In this document: positions 13,131-24,746 of the stretch, one piece after another
Layout of the letters: each line of letters starts with the position of its first letter
Position numbering within the stretch: the stretch's first letter is position 1
Assembly (NCBI GenBank): GCA_030704615.1
Contig: CM060732.1
Coordinates: forward strand, 5,084,001-5,148,000
Reading direction: 5' to 3'
DNA: 64,000 nt
Source of the DNA: Takakia lepidozioides
Taxonomy: Eukaryota; Plantae; Bryophyta
Notes under the pieces: generated by a model
Told to the model about the DNA's origin: nothing
The model's database searches: none
Seen by the model: only the letters and a program-made list of their open reading frames with translations
Made by a program: the position numbers and the translations under genes

Positions 13131-16100
13131 CATGCCTCTCTCTTATATCAATTTGAATGAACAACTCTGCAGGAGAAGATGCAAAGTGTGGCGGATGGGA
13201 TCCCTTCGGGGCAGGGGAAGGAGATCATTGTTGATGTGGACGATGAGTTCTATGAAAGCAAAGCTGCTGAGATGTTGGGGGGTCAGAAGGTAAACTCTCA
13301 GCTTGTGGTGCAAAGTATGCTTGCCCCGGGTGGGAGGTTGAAGATTCCCCTGTGTATGTTCGTTTCCATGCCCGTCGTTCGTCCACCCCTCATTAAGGAC
13401 ATCCTGAAGCTGGAGGCCGAGTTTGTTCATGGGTATTTGGATGGATCCGCAGTCTCTTACGTTTCTACAAAGGATTCCAGAGGCAATGAGCTCCTTGTGG
13501 ATGAGTCAATCGTGGACTCCTGGGATCCCATTTGGAGACAGGTGAACGAATCCTTCGAACTTCTTCTCTCCAAGAAACCTTCCACCCAGGCATTCTCAGG
13601 GAAGATGTTTCACGTTTGGGATGGCAACCACCGGTTGCTTGCATGGATGGCTGTCATTGGGAGGCTGCACTCACAGGAGAAAGAGTGGCATTACTCTGTT
13701 CGATCGATGGTGCTGGATTGTGACGGGAACATGATAGGTCTTCTGACGGCAATGAATGATGTGAACAGTTTGGTTTCTCATTCTGCATGTTCCACTTGTG
13801 GTTCCGTGGTTCTTTGGTTCCAGTCCTCTGTTGACGGTCCTTGAATTTCATTCTAACTTTCACACATCATTCTACAGAGGGACGGAGACATCGCATGTCA
13901 AAACGAGTGTGGTTCACACACTGTACAGGATACAAAGGATCGGGCAGATGCCCTTGACCAACTTCAAGACCATCCTTTCAGCAGAGACATACAAGAAGTG
14001 CGAAAGCTCCAAGACATCAGAAACGTGGTACTCGTCGACCCGTGAGGCTTTCATGGAGTATATGTACGTGGTGAGATACATCTTCCATCATCTGGCCTTT
14101 CGATATTTCTGCTTCCACATGTTTGTTTTTGTTTGTTTCCCTTGCCCTTGGGTTGATGCAACTCTCGTGCATTCCCTTGCAGCAAGACATTGCAGATGCA
14201 GGAGAGCGTGGCAAACTGGAATACTACAGCTCTACCCCTGAGGAGAGAAGGACAACAAAGGGTGTTGAGAGTCACATCCAGAAAGAGATGACCGCCACAA
14301 GAAGGACTATTATGAGTGCTTTTGTGAAACAACTGAGAATTGCAAACCCAACCTTCGGACCAGAGTTCCTTCAAGAGGTGAAAAACCATTACAACAAGCC
14401 AGGCAAGCCGGAGATGGCCCAGGAGAAGTTACACAGGTTGTCTACTGCCGTTGTGTCTTCAGAACAGAAGGTGAAGTGGCTACAGATATGGAACTCCGAT
14501 CCCACTGTTAGGGATACCCACATGTTCCCCAGGCCGGAGAAAGAGAAGAAGACCCAGCGTGTCATACCTGTCAGTGACAATGTGCTGGACACATGGCTTC
14601 ACAAGGCCACTTACTGGAGCCAGGTATGATGTCCTTTGCTGTGTCACTTTCTTTTCGCTTTTTCTGTCATTCTTTTTCCATGTTACATTTTTCCATACAC
14701 TTTTTCTATGTGATTGTTTTTGTGTTCATTCTTGCTTCTGTATTGGTCTGCACTTGGAGGAAAGGGCCCGGTCGGTTCTACATACGCAGCTAGCTGACTA
14801 TGGGATCACCATGACAGAACCGAAGGTCTCCTTCCAAGCATACATGAGGAAATGGAGTGCCACAGTGTGGCAATCTTGTTTCTTCAGAGAGTTCAGCAAG
14901 GATGCTGGCATCAATCGAACAAATGAGCTTGACCAGCAAGAGAAAGGAGAGGAAGCCTAGAAACGATGCCTTTACAGGTGCAAAATGGACTATGCTTCTT
15001 TGTTTTGTATAGACACAATCTCCTCCATCCAACGTCTTTTTGGCTGGCTCATATGAGTTTGTGGTGGAGTGTAATGTGTCGCATACTCTTTTAGGGGGTC
15101 TTCGTGATGGGGTGGAAAAGCTGGGAGACAATATTTGCATTGCATAATGAGGTTGTCTCTGTTCCTGCAGGTACATAAAGTATGTTCTCATGGCAGAGAA
15201 CTGCTTGGACAAACATCCTGATTTCGTGGACCTTTGGCTTGTCCCTGCTGGCAACCAGACCATGTTTACTACGGGGATCTTGCATGACTGGGGCCCAGAC
15301 CATCTTTCTGCTTGTGGTTGGTATTTGGATTACCCTGCTTCAGAGACCCCAGCTCAGGAGGTTTCTTTGAGGAGAGAGAATGAGCGTATAGTAGCTACCA
15401 CCGCAGCAGCCGACCTCGACATTCATGAGAGAAATTTGAGGACTCTTGCAGAGAATGAGCCTCCCGCTCAGGATACACCGGGTAAAGGTAGAAAGGCAAA
15501 GGGAAAGGATGTTGCTAGTGGTGTGGGGAAAGGAAGGGGTAGGGGGAAGGGGGCACAAGGGCAGGTAGGTGGGCAGGGAAGTGTTGTAGATATTGGCCCT
15601 CTGGTGGTTGTCCAGCAGACTCCACCGCATGGTAGGGGATCCGGGAGAAAGAACAAGGGGGTGGTTGATCCCAAGGACCCGTACCATGCAGTGGAGTATC
15701 CCACGAGGGTCATTCACCCTACCAGGTTGGAGATGGCCAACGTCGGGTTCCTTGCCATGATGGAGTCCAAGAAATTTGATTACAAAGGCGAACCATCACC
15801 AGTGTGGGAGAGGATTGTGGAGTTCCTCGGCACGGTGCATGTTGTCTTTTGCTTCTTGTCTGTTGTGTGCATGGATTGTTTCAATCCTCTTGAGCATTCC
15901 ATTACATGCTTGTTTGCAGGCTAAAATGACCAAATCTTGGGTGAACGGGAAGGAGAAGCCATATGCAGCCGAACTCATCATCTTGGACATCCCTGATGGG
16001 TTACCAGTCCCGGATGTCCCTCCATCGGGTGCTTGTCCAGGTTGGAATGCTTTTGATGAGCGCTACTGGCGGTGGATTTTCTCCTTTTACAATTTCTTTC

Positions 16101-17875
16101 TATCCGATGCAGGTGTTTTGGTGCTCATCCAGTCCATCGACCTTCGCTGTCGCCGTGCACTTGCCAGCTATTTGAAAGCCTCCGGTATGAGGGTCGTGAA
16201 GACATGGAATTGTGTGAACAGCATGTACCTGACAAAGGGGGATCGTCCCAGAGAGATGGTAAATCTGCCTTCTTATTCCTCTTCTTGGTGGTTCTCGGAT
16301 GGAGTTGCATAAGTCGCTCAAATGAATATGTAGGGGCCTGGTTTTCAAGCTTCTTAGTTCCTTGTGTATGTCCTGTTCGCAGACTTGTTTGTTTGAAGTT
16401 GTTTGTCTCGTCCGAGTGCATCCACCTACGACTCCAGCCGTCATTAGGGAGTTCGCCATCACTCATGGGGGCAAGTTCATAGACGAGAGGACAGATCCTC
16501 CCACGGATGACATGCACCACAACTACGTGGACATCAACGTGTGCTTGCGAAGGGGGAATGGGGTTCCTTGGAGAGGGGCCAGGGAGAGGAGCCCGGTTTT
16601 CATTCAGACGATTGTGGAGTGCTGCACCTACACAGACGCCAAAGTTCTGGATTTGTCAATGGGCACAGGTTCGTCTCTTCAACATTCACATTTTGTGAGG
16701 TTTGTTTGACCTTGCACTTTCAGCTCTTCCCACCGTTCCAAATGTGTCTTCAATGTCTGTTTCCTTCATTGTATTCCACTGCAGGTGCCTCGTACCACGC
16801 TTGCAAGGCCAGTGCGCGACATCTCTTTGGGATTGAAGGGGATGCCGAGATTTACAAGAACCTCATAATGGGTTTGGGTGGACACACTTCTCAAGTCTTT
16901 CCGAAGCCCCTACCCGTTGATGTTGATACAGGGGAGACTTCCGACAAGGAGCAGGATGACGACTTTGCCTGTGAGCAAGTTCAACCTGTGGATGCTTGCA
17001 TTGTTGTTTCAATACCCAGAATCACTGTTCTTAAGGCAAAGTGCACATGGGAGATATCCTCTTCGTTGGACTTGTGCATTGCATCATTGAGTTCAAAATT
17101 GGTTTTTGTCCACTTGTGCAGGAGTCCGCGTGCTTCCACTGACCCTCCAGGGCTATCACACATTTTTGGACTTTTTTCAAGTCATCCTCAGTCTTACGTC
17201 CTACCTGTCTATGCGGAGGCACTCGCAGCAAGCATGTCCATTCATGGCACTCGCAGTCCAACCATCGACGGCCGTGGTAGAAGACGTGGTGTTGGGGCCG
17301 GAATCTTTGTGGATGACATAGTACAGGAGGTCGATACTGATTCTGATGACTGTAACACTTGATATGAAGTTTTCTTTTGCTTTCATTCGGGGCCAATTTT
17401 GAAATGGGATGGTTGTGTGTCCTCGTTGTCATGTTTGCAATGTGTGCGTGGGATGCAAATTCATAGGAACAAACTATCGTTGGAGATGGGGGTTGCATGG
17501 ACTGCGCGGGTTGTTCCTTCAATCTATTTAGTGTTTTGCGGAGCTCACAGGCTTGTGTGCATTGCAAAAACAAACAAACGTCTTTGGTTCGGGTAGAGCA
17601 TTCTCGCATCATTTGCTCGTTGGTCTCCAAACCATTCCTGCTAGAAGAATGCTTGGTAAATCCATCATGATAAAGTCCACATGATCAAAGAGCGTTTAGG
17701 CATTCTCAATTCTGGTGAGCATCCATGATGCTCCCGCACATACCTGGCATGTTTGCAATCCTGGGTCTAGGATGTGGCCCAGATTCTATGAACTCTGGTT
17801 TACTGGCTGTACAGTATTGATGTTGAAAGGTTTGATCTGGGGTACAATACCTTTCCTATTGACAAGAGAAAAAGT

Positions 17876-20800
17876 TCAAAAGAGAAGAGACAAGAGAAAA
17901 AGAGTGTGTCTGTATTGGAAAGTACCTGACTCAACATTCACCGGCTCTCTAGTTGAATTTGACACATCCTCAGGCTCTGATACTGCATTTGGTACCCACC
18001 TGCTTCCCTTACGAGTGCATTTTGCTCTCCATAGCTCACTATGTGCTGCAGCACTGGATCTTAGGGAAGCTTCACGTCTTGCGGCTATCGCTTCCTCGCC
18101 TCGCAATGTATCAAATTCTGATTCGTTTGTAAAGTTCTCTTTGTTTCTAAATCTGTGTGCGATTATCCTGTACCAGTGCTGAAACGTTTGAACTAGTGGA
18201 CTTTTCTTATTTTTGCCACCGGAGTGTTGTGTGTGCCTTTGATAGGCAGTCTTCGCAGCGTGATGCGAGTTCTCCATGCCCTGGCAGACCACACTGCAAG
18301 GCTTCCATATCAATCTACAAAGTACGGAGCATGTCGAACAAGCACATGCTGCCAAAGACACAAATTTTGTCAGTTGTGAGCTCACAAACAACCAAATCGA
18401 TTTCACCAAATTCAAACATAAATTGAAATGACGGGATCCAGAGTTCACTTGCCATGTAATGTGTAACATGATGCTCTCCAAAACATTTGATGTAGAGTCG
18501 GCCCCATTGTTCCACCTTCTCTTTGAAATCTGCAACCGATTGATCGACACCAAATCTGAGACCATTGAAATAGGGCCGCAGTCGATCCAAGGCATGCCAC
18601 TGCTCCAATCTCTCTCTTCGTACTGCTCCATTATTCATTCTGTTCTTTTCTGCATTCACGACATCCACATATAACTTCCGAGGCTCTATGGCAACAGGAT
18701 TGTCCTTGAAAAGCTTCAATGCATGGGCTCCACTAAAAGAGGGCTTGTTTGGGACATTGTTTGCCCTCCCAGACAAATCTTCATCCTTAAAATTTGAACA
18801 TTCCCTCCATGGGCACCCGTGAGTGACAACAACTTCTGCATCTCATCAACGGCCAATTTTTGGAGAGCTTTGTAACGAATTGTCCAAATATGAATGAAAT
18901 GCAAGTGAACAATCTTTTCAATCACTCGGTTGAAAGCATGTAGGGTGCATATGTGGACTCTGTCCAGTGGTATGGGCAAAATGGGCTTCCAACGTCCTGA
19001 AGTTGCAGCCCCTGTGAGTGGTTGCGCTGCCACTTTCCTTGAAAACAACCCTTCATTCCAAGTGTATTTGGTTCGTTTCTTTATGGTTGCTTGGGCTTGT
19101 GTAGTGGTGCCCACTACAGGCTTCGTGCGTTCTTGGTTGCAGTAGATGCAACTGTGTAAGCTATTTGCTCCAGCTCCCAAGTTGTACATCACTTTTATTG
19201 TCTTCATATCTGCCGCCATATGCCATTCCACCTGAAAGGATCCAATACCAGGGACATCCAGTGGCTGTCCTTGCTCCTGTGCTTGAATCAACGCAGGAAT
19301 GGTTTGCGAGAAGACCCAACTCAATGTTTCATAGGTTTCCCGCACCACTTGGAATGAAGCGATGGGCCAAATCTCCCTCTCTGACTAAACTGAGAAGAAT
19401 TGTTCACTGTTTGGCTCAATCGTAGTGTCCAAAGCCCGGTTCATCAGTGTTAGAGACACTCTCTCCATCTTTTGAGCGTGCACAATTTCAACTGCATCTT
19501 GATGACAAAAATAAGAGGGTGTCCCTGCAATTCTGAAACCAAACACAGCCAAATCCTCAATGCCCAGGTCCTCAATGCCCGGGTGTTTAATCAATCGATT
19601 CCTATCAGAAGCTTTACCCTACATCTCTTGCAACACTACAAAATTAAGGTGTTACCTGCGGGTGTGATGCCGTAGAGCTCGACCATTGTGCGCTGCACTT
19701 GTTCCACATCGACAAAGATGGAATTATTATGATTGAGCGCTATTCTGACAGGCTCTTTGCTCTTTGACTTGGCAGTGGCTGGAATCTCAAGGCTATTGTT
19801 GATGCAATAGTATTCGCCAACATACTCACGTAGCTTGAGATTCAACGTTTTCCGAAGCAATGACACCTTATGAGGATTTGGCAAGCAACCAATGTGAAGG
19901 CCCCGACCAGAAGCTTTGGCAGACATTTTGAACTTTTTATAGATGGCTCCATATCCATTGTGCGTTATACCTTGCCGATCACAAGTTTCTAGAATCTCAT
20001 TTGCTCCTACTTTCTCCCCAATCTTATCCAAGTAGTAGTTGGCCATATGCACACCAACTTTGCTCAACTTCGCTGATTCGCACATTGAATTAACTTCTGT
20101 CTGGGACAACATAGAGGCGAACACCTTCGCAGTCTGCACTTGTGTCTCTTTACTTCCACACAAGTGATTTCTCGTTCCCTGGGTTGCATTTGCACTTTGA
20201 ATTTCTCTCGCAATAGCTGGGGCAATGATAGCTCTTGCTAAACGCCTCAAATGTTTTGCATGACCGCCATTAGGCGCCAATTCAGCCACATCCTTCCTTG
20301 GTTTGATGACACCCCTGTACCCATAGGGTGTCCTCACCATTTTTTCCATCCTCAATTCCCGTCGCTTCAAGGTCGCCTTGGTTTTGCGTAGCTCAGAGCA
20401 AATCGAATCCAATTTTCTTTTGTGCTCTTCTTTGAGCGATTCTATCTCTATCCAAAATTCTATCTCCATTTGATCGCGCTCATCGGAGCTCAGTACATCA
20501 GCGAGCGGCCTAAACACTCCTCGTAAGATGCCTTCATGCTGTGATATTGCTCTTTCAGAGCTGATACCTCCGCTTTCAACGATTCAGTTGCTAACATAAT
20601 CTGACCATTTTCTTCCTCTACTCTTTGTCTACGAGACGTTTCTGTGTTGTTGAATTGTAAGGGTATCTCTCTATCCTCAGCTGAATCTGGCAAACTCTTG
20701 ACCAGCTCACGCAACAACGATATCTCTTTCTGAGCCTCAACGAAATTCAATTCAATTCTTGTATGATTTGCGGCAAGATTTTCAGAGTAACCCAGTAGGC

Positions 20801-21053
20801 CGCTCTTGCCATCCCTAGTAAATTCCAGAAACTCGCTCACTGTCCGAAATTGTGGACGTTTGCCGTCGACGGGGCTGTGTGGATACAAAGATCCATCCAC
20901 CCACAAATCAATATTACTCGCCCCTGCTTCTCGTCTATGAGAGAATTCTGATTTCGGAGTTTGCTCATGAAGCATGCGATTCCTTAGTACCAATGGTGCA
21001 TATTTCCCAGCTATGGTTGCTGATAATTTGTAGCTTCCCCTCTCATTAGCCAT
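17876..21053 (-). pseudogene. RAG1/Transib-like DDE transposase, intron-containing, with frameshifts and stops
   Basis: RAG1-core-like motifs occur in order: GITHNGYGAIYKKF..LPNPHKV; FCHQDAVE (D, 19496-19498); SEREIWPIASFQVVRETYETL; AADMKTIKVMYNLGAGANSLHSCIYC (D, 19208-19210; CxxC); ICTLHAFNRV; THYM|HVLVRHAPYFVD*YGSLAVWS; QGMENSHH (E, 18272-18274). Confidence 0.75.
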
Positions 21054-22189
21054 CTTTGAACACAGTCTGACAGGCTTGTTGCTACGCACAAAACATCACT
21101 GAAATGATCACGGATTTGAACTTAGATTTGGAAGTTGCAAGGAGTGCGACTCTCTAGGCTATAGATCAGTTGTTGTTCCTCATGTACAATGTTTTAGAAC
21201 GACGAGCTATGATCCTTCCACTTTCAGTACCAAAGTGGATGTGATATGTGCTGTCACTGTGGCTAGAGTACTTTGAGGCATTATTTTTTAATCAATTCTT
21301 GAGTTGTAGATATGACTGCACCGAGAAAATTTGTACATACATACATTACATTAGTGTCCAACTCTTGAACCAACAGGAAATCAATTGGCTGCAAGTACTA
21401 ACAATTGGCTGACCTCCACGTTGTATTTGTAGGGTGTGGAAGCTCCTGGACAGCTGCTGTTACTGGTATAGACACCTTATTGCTGCAGTGTTCTGGCAGT
21501 GAAGAAATGAGCACAGAAAAGCCACAGGGACTTTCAGGGAGGATTTGGGGGGGCTTGCGATAGGGGTGGTTATGACTTGAATTTTTTAGTTTGGGGCCTT
21601 TCTTTCAGTTGTTGGGTGACATTTCCTGCGAAAGGAGGTCACAAACGTCAGCACAGTAAACTTTTTCACACGAAGCTGCAAATTCATTGAAACACAGATA
21701 CCTGGCAAGTGAAATAGTTTGGGTGACTGGACTATCACAAAATGTACGAGATTGCCACCCCTAGAGAGTGTGTGCTCTGTCAGCATTTTTTGGCATGTTC
21801 AGTGGGACAGTTCCTCCGTCCACAAACAAAGGAGAAGAGAGATTTACACATACCTTTAAACCTTGAGTCACGGAGCTCTGGTGGTGCGAGCAGCAGCCCC
21901 ACGTAGATGCTTCTCTGCCAGTGCTGCCCTCCTCTTATCTTCATTGAGCCATGGCTACACCCCACATTCATCTCTCAAACCCCCATCCCTCTCTCTCTCC
22001 CTCTCATGGGCTGCCATTTCCGCACCAGTCACACCGGAATAGGGCGCTAGCTGAGAGGTCTGATTAGAAAAATCTGTCTTTAATTTTCTTTAAAAATACC
22101 TCCTGATTTGTGAAGATGTCGCATGATCATCCAACCAAAATCAAGGGAGCAATGGAAATGAGCAACTCGAGGGCTCAAGGTCTGGGGAA

Positions 22190-22503
22190 AACTATGCCCA
22201 GCTGCACCACATCTACTACTTCAAAAGTTCACCTTCTGAACAAAGGCCACATCCTAGTTAAACAAGCAGTCCATATAAGCAGCATAACCACTGAATGCTA
22301 CCACTCTTCCATACTCCATTCAAAGTGGGATCTCCACTCTCCTCTCCCACAGTCCGTTCCCACTTCACTGGAACCAATTCAGCACTTGGAATACCACCAT
22401 TCATATCAAAGGCAATCAACTGCTGCAACGGGAGAAGTTGCGGTCTCACCCACCTGGTTATGAGTTTCTGAGGCTTTTGACCCCATTTTTCTTCTGGTGC
22501 CAA
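22190..22503 (-). pseudogene. Possible degenerate FCP1/NIF-like phosphatase fragment
   Basis: QQLIAFDMNG resembles the LLILDLNG motif at ~60660, and an FEVV-like stretch lies downstream in another frame. Heavily decayed. Confidence 0.25.
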
Positions 22504-24746
22504 GTCAACAACTTCTGAGCCACAAGTGCAGATGGGTTGACAATGTTAGCCTATAGTCCGACTCTCTTAATGAATTACAGTAGAAAGAAAAAAAAAATTG
22601 AAATACTTAGAATCAGATTGTTACATGTCCAATCTGTCATCATGTTAATCATGTTAAATTTTGAATAATGTTTTATTATTTTAAATAATAAATATGTGTT
22701 GATTTAATTCGTACAGTAATATAACTTTTAATGATTCTAATAAGTTTAGGTTATGACTAAAAAGATGAATACTAAAAATAACTAAAAAATGATTAAAATA
22801 TAAAGATAAACTATCAAACCTTTTATTGCTATATACAACTCGTTCTTCCACTTAAGTCTAGACTCAAGTGGTCTGGCATCCTTCTATCTTTGATGATTTA
22901 CTCAGTCTATATTTTGTATAGTGAAGTATTTGTACAACACATGTTTGAGCACCAGGGACTCGCATTTGGACTGTTGCTATTTCCCCGGCAAAGAACATAC
23001 ATATAACCAGTAAAGTCAACCCCAGGGGTTTGTGAAGGAAGCAAGCATGTATTTCTACAAATCCACCCTTAGCCTTGGGATCTTCGTCCAAAGCACATGA
23101 TACAGGGGGCCAGATTGGATGCAGACGATCCATCGCAACATCTATTGTAAGAGGCACACAAACAGCTTTGCTCTGGCCTTCACTGCATAACTTCAATCCC
23201 ACCCCCTGCAGGGAGGAGCTGTCCCAGTCTCCAGTACAGCTGCCATCTGTTTGGCCTGATCTTCGAAGTGGCCAGTAAACTCAACTGCTCCAAACACAGG
23301 ATATAGATCAAACGGACATAAGAGTAAACAGCTCAGGTGCAGGTAGCAAGAGACAGGGAGAGTCCTTCTCAACCTATCATTAGATAGACAGTGAAGGCGA
23401 AGATTCGTCCACTCTTTGCAAAGAAAATACAGCAGCACACAAAGCGAAGTGACCAAATCTAGGAACTGCGTCCAGGCTCTAACACCCAGAGTAAACCACC
23501 ATACTGAACACAGCATACTGTCTAAAGGAAACAGAACGGCAGGGAAACTGCGTACATCTATCTTGTATCCTTTTGGTACAATAGAACTAAGTCTCTGTCT
23601 ACAAACACTACGTTGAATGTATTCAGTTCCATCATCAGCCAAAAATAGCTCCAAAAAACAGGTACAGGAACCCATGCCAAAACCAGCATCACCATCTTCG
23701 CAACCATGTATACTTACATTGGACCTGTCTTAATAGATACACAAACTACCTATTGGGGAAACACCCTACGCTATGTGAGGAAATGAGTTATCACATGGTA
23801 CTTCCAAACTCCCTTGAAAATTTCACCATAAGACTTACCCATTCTGATAACACTTACAACTCCAACAGTGAAAGAAATAATTTAGCCAACCACCATTCTA
23901 TGATACTGTCCGACAGAACACTGTAACTCTTTATTGAGACGAGAAGTTTGCAGAAGGTATAGACAATCTTCTTGTCACATTTTCACAGGTAGCCTCCTTG
24001 CCTTGCTCATTAGCTGCATGGTTTTTTGTGCTCTAAATCCGTTTGAGAAATAGCAATAGAACACCATGCCTAGGTACAGCAAATTGCCCTATATTGTACT
24101 GCCCCTTGCTGGCGCAGAACTGATCAAAGACATCTGAATTACTCGGTACCGTTGGAGCTTCAAGCTTTTCCCCTGTTTCATTTCAGTCACAACAACGCAA
24201 TCCTCAGTAGGGGGGTTTTCGATTCATAGGACTTTCCATACATTTCACAGTGAACTCAACCAGCATGCTTCAGATCATTATCAGAAATTAAGAATAAAGG
24301 TTCGCATTGTAGGCATATGACCCATACTTTACAGAAATGTAATAAAGAAAAAAGCAAAGTCCTAGGAGTAAGATCACACCCTTGTCAAAGATCGACTAGG
24401 GATTTCCGACAAACATCCTCAGTGCTCGACTGTCCTAATGATTGCCCCACCTGAGCCTGTTACATTTAATTTGTTGATAGAAAACCTGTCATGCAAATTT
24501 CAACAGTTCTTTGTTCTTAAGAGAAGACACACATTACCTGGCAGAGATTGGGAGACAGAAAATGGTGTACACTGTGGAGCCAAAAGCATTGCTGCAACAG
24601 CTGCCAGCATAGAGGGTAGACAAGCTAAAGGCCTGTACAAGTTACAATGTTCCTTCCTTCAAATATATACCTCCCTGAGGCTGTTAAACATCAAAATAGT
24701 CAGATGATCTGCCTTGCCCCAACCATGGTCTTCAGATCGGTGCATT

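Larger units (their letters stand above)
9296..17362 (+). pseudogene. Multi-exon gene: acidic N-terminus, ParB/Srx-like domain, C-terminal beta-class N6A/N4C DNA methyltransferase-like domain; premature stops
   Basis: ParB-like VRPP..DILKLEAEFVHGY and FHVWDGNHRLLAW (13620-13634). MTase motif IV-like ELIILDIPD (15986-15997), then RERSPVFIQTIVECCT..KVLDLSMGT|GASYHACKASARHLFGIEGDAEIY (motif I region, split by intron ~16669-16784). GT-AG introns join most of the ORFs. In-frame TAG at 9521 and 14958. Confidence 0.7.

Noticed and set aside
9356-13133. Many short ORFs with RTLFEPP / AQTVC motifs
   Set aside because: These are translations of the tandem repeat on both strands, with no evidence of coding.
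21255-21261. CACTGTG (RSS heptamer complement) upstream of the RAG1-like gene
   Set aside because: No nonamer and no partner terminus with TSD on the other side; a single heptamer is expected by chance.
22864-23675. ORFs of 112 and 160 aa downstream of the RIN13-like gene
   Set aside because: No motif recognised; could be UTR or intergenic.
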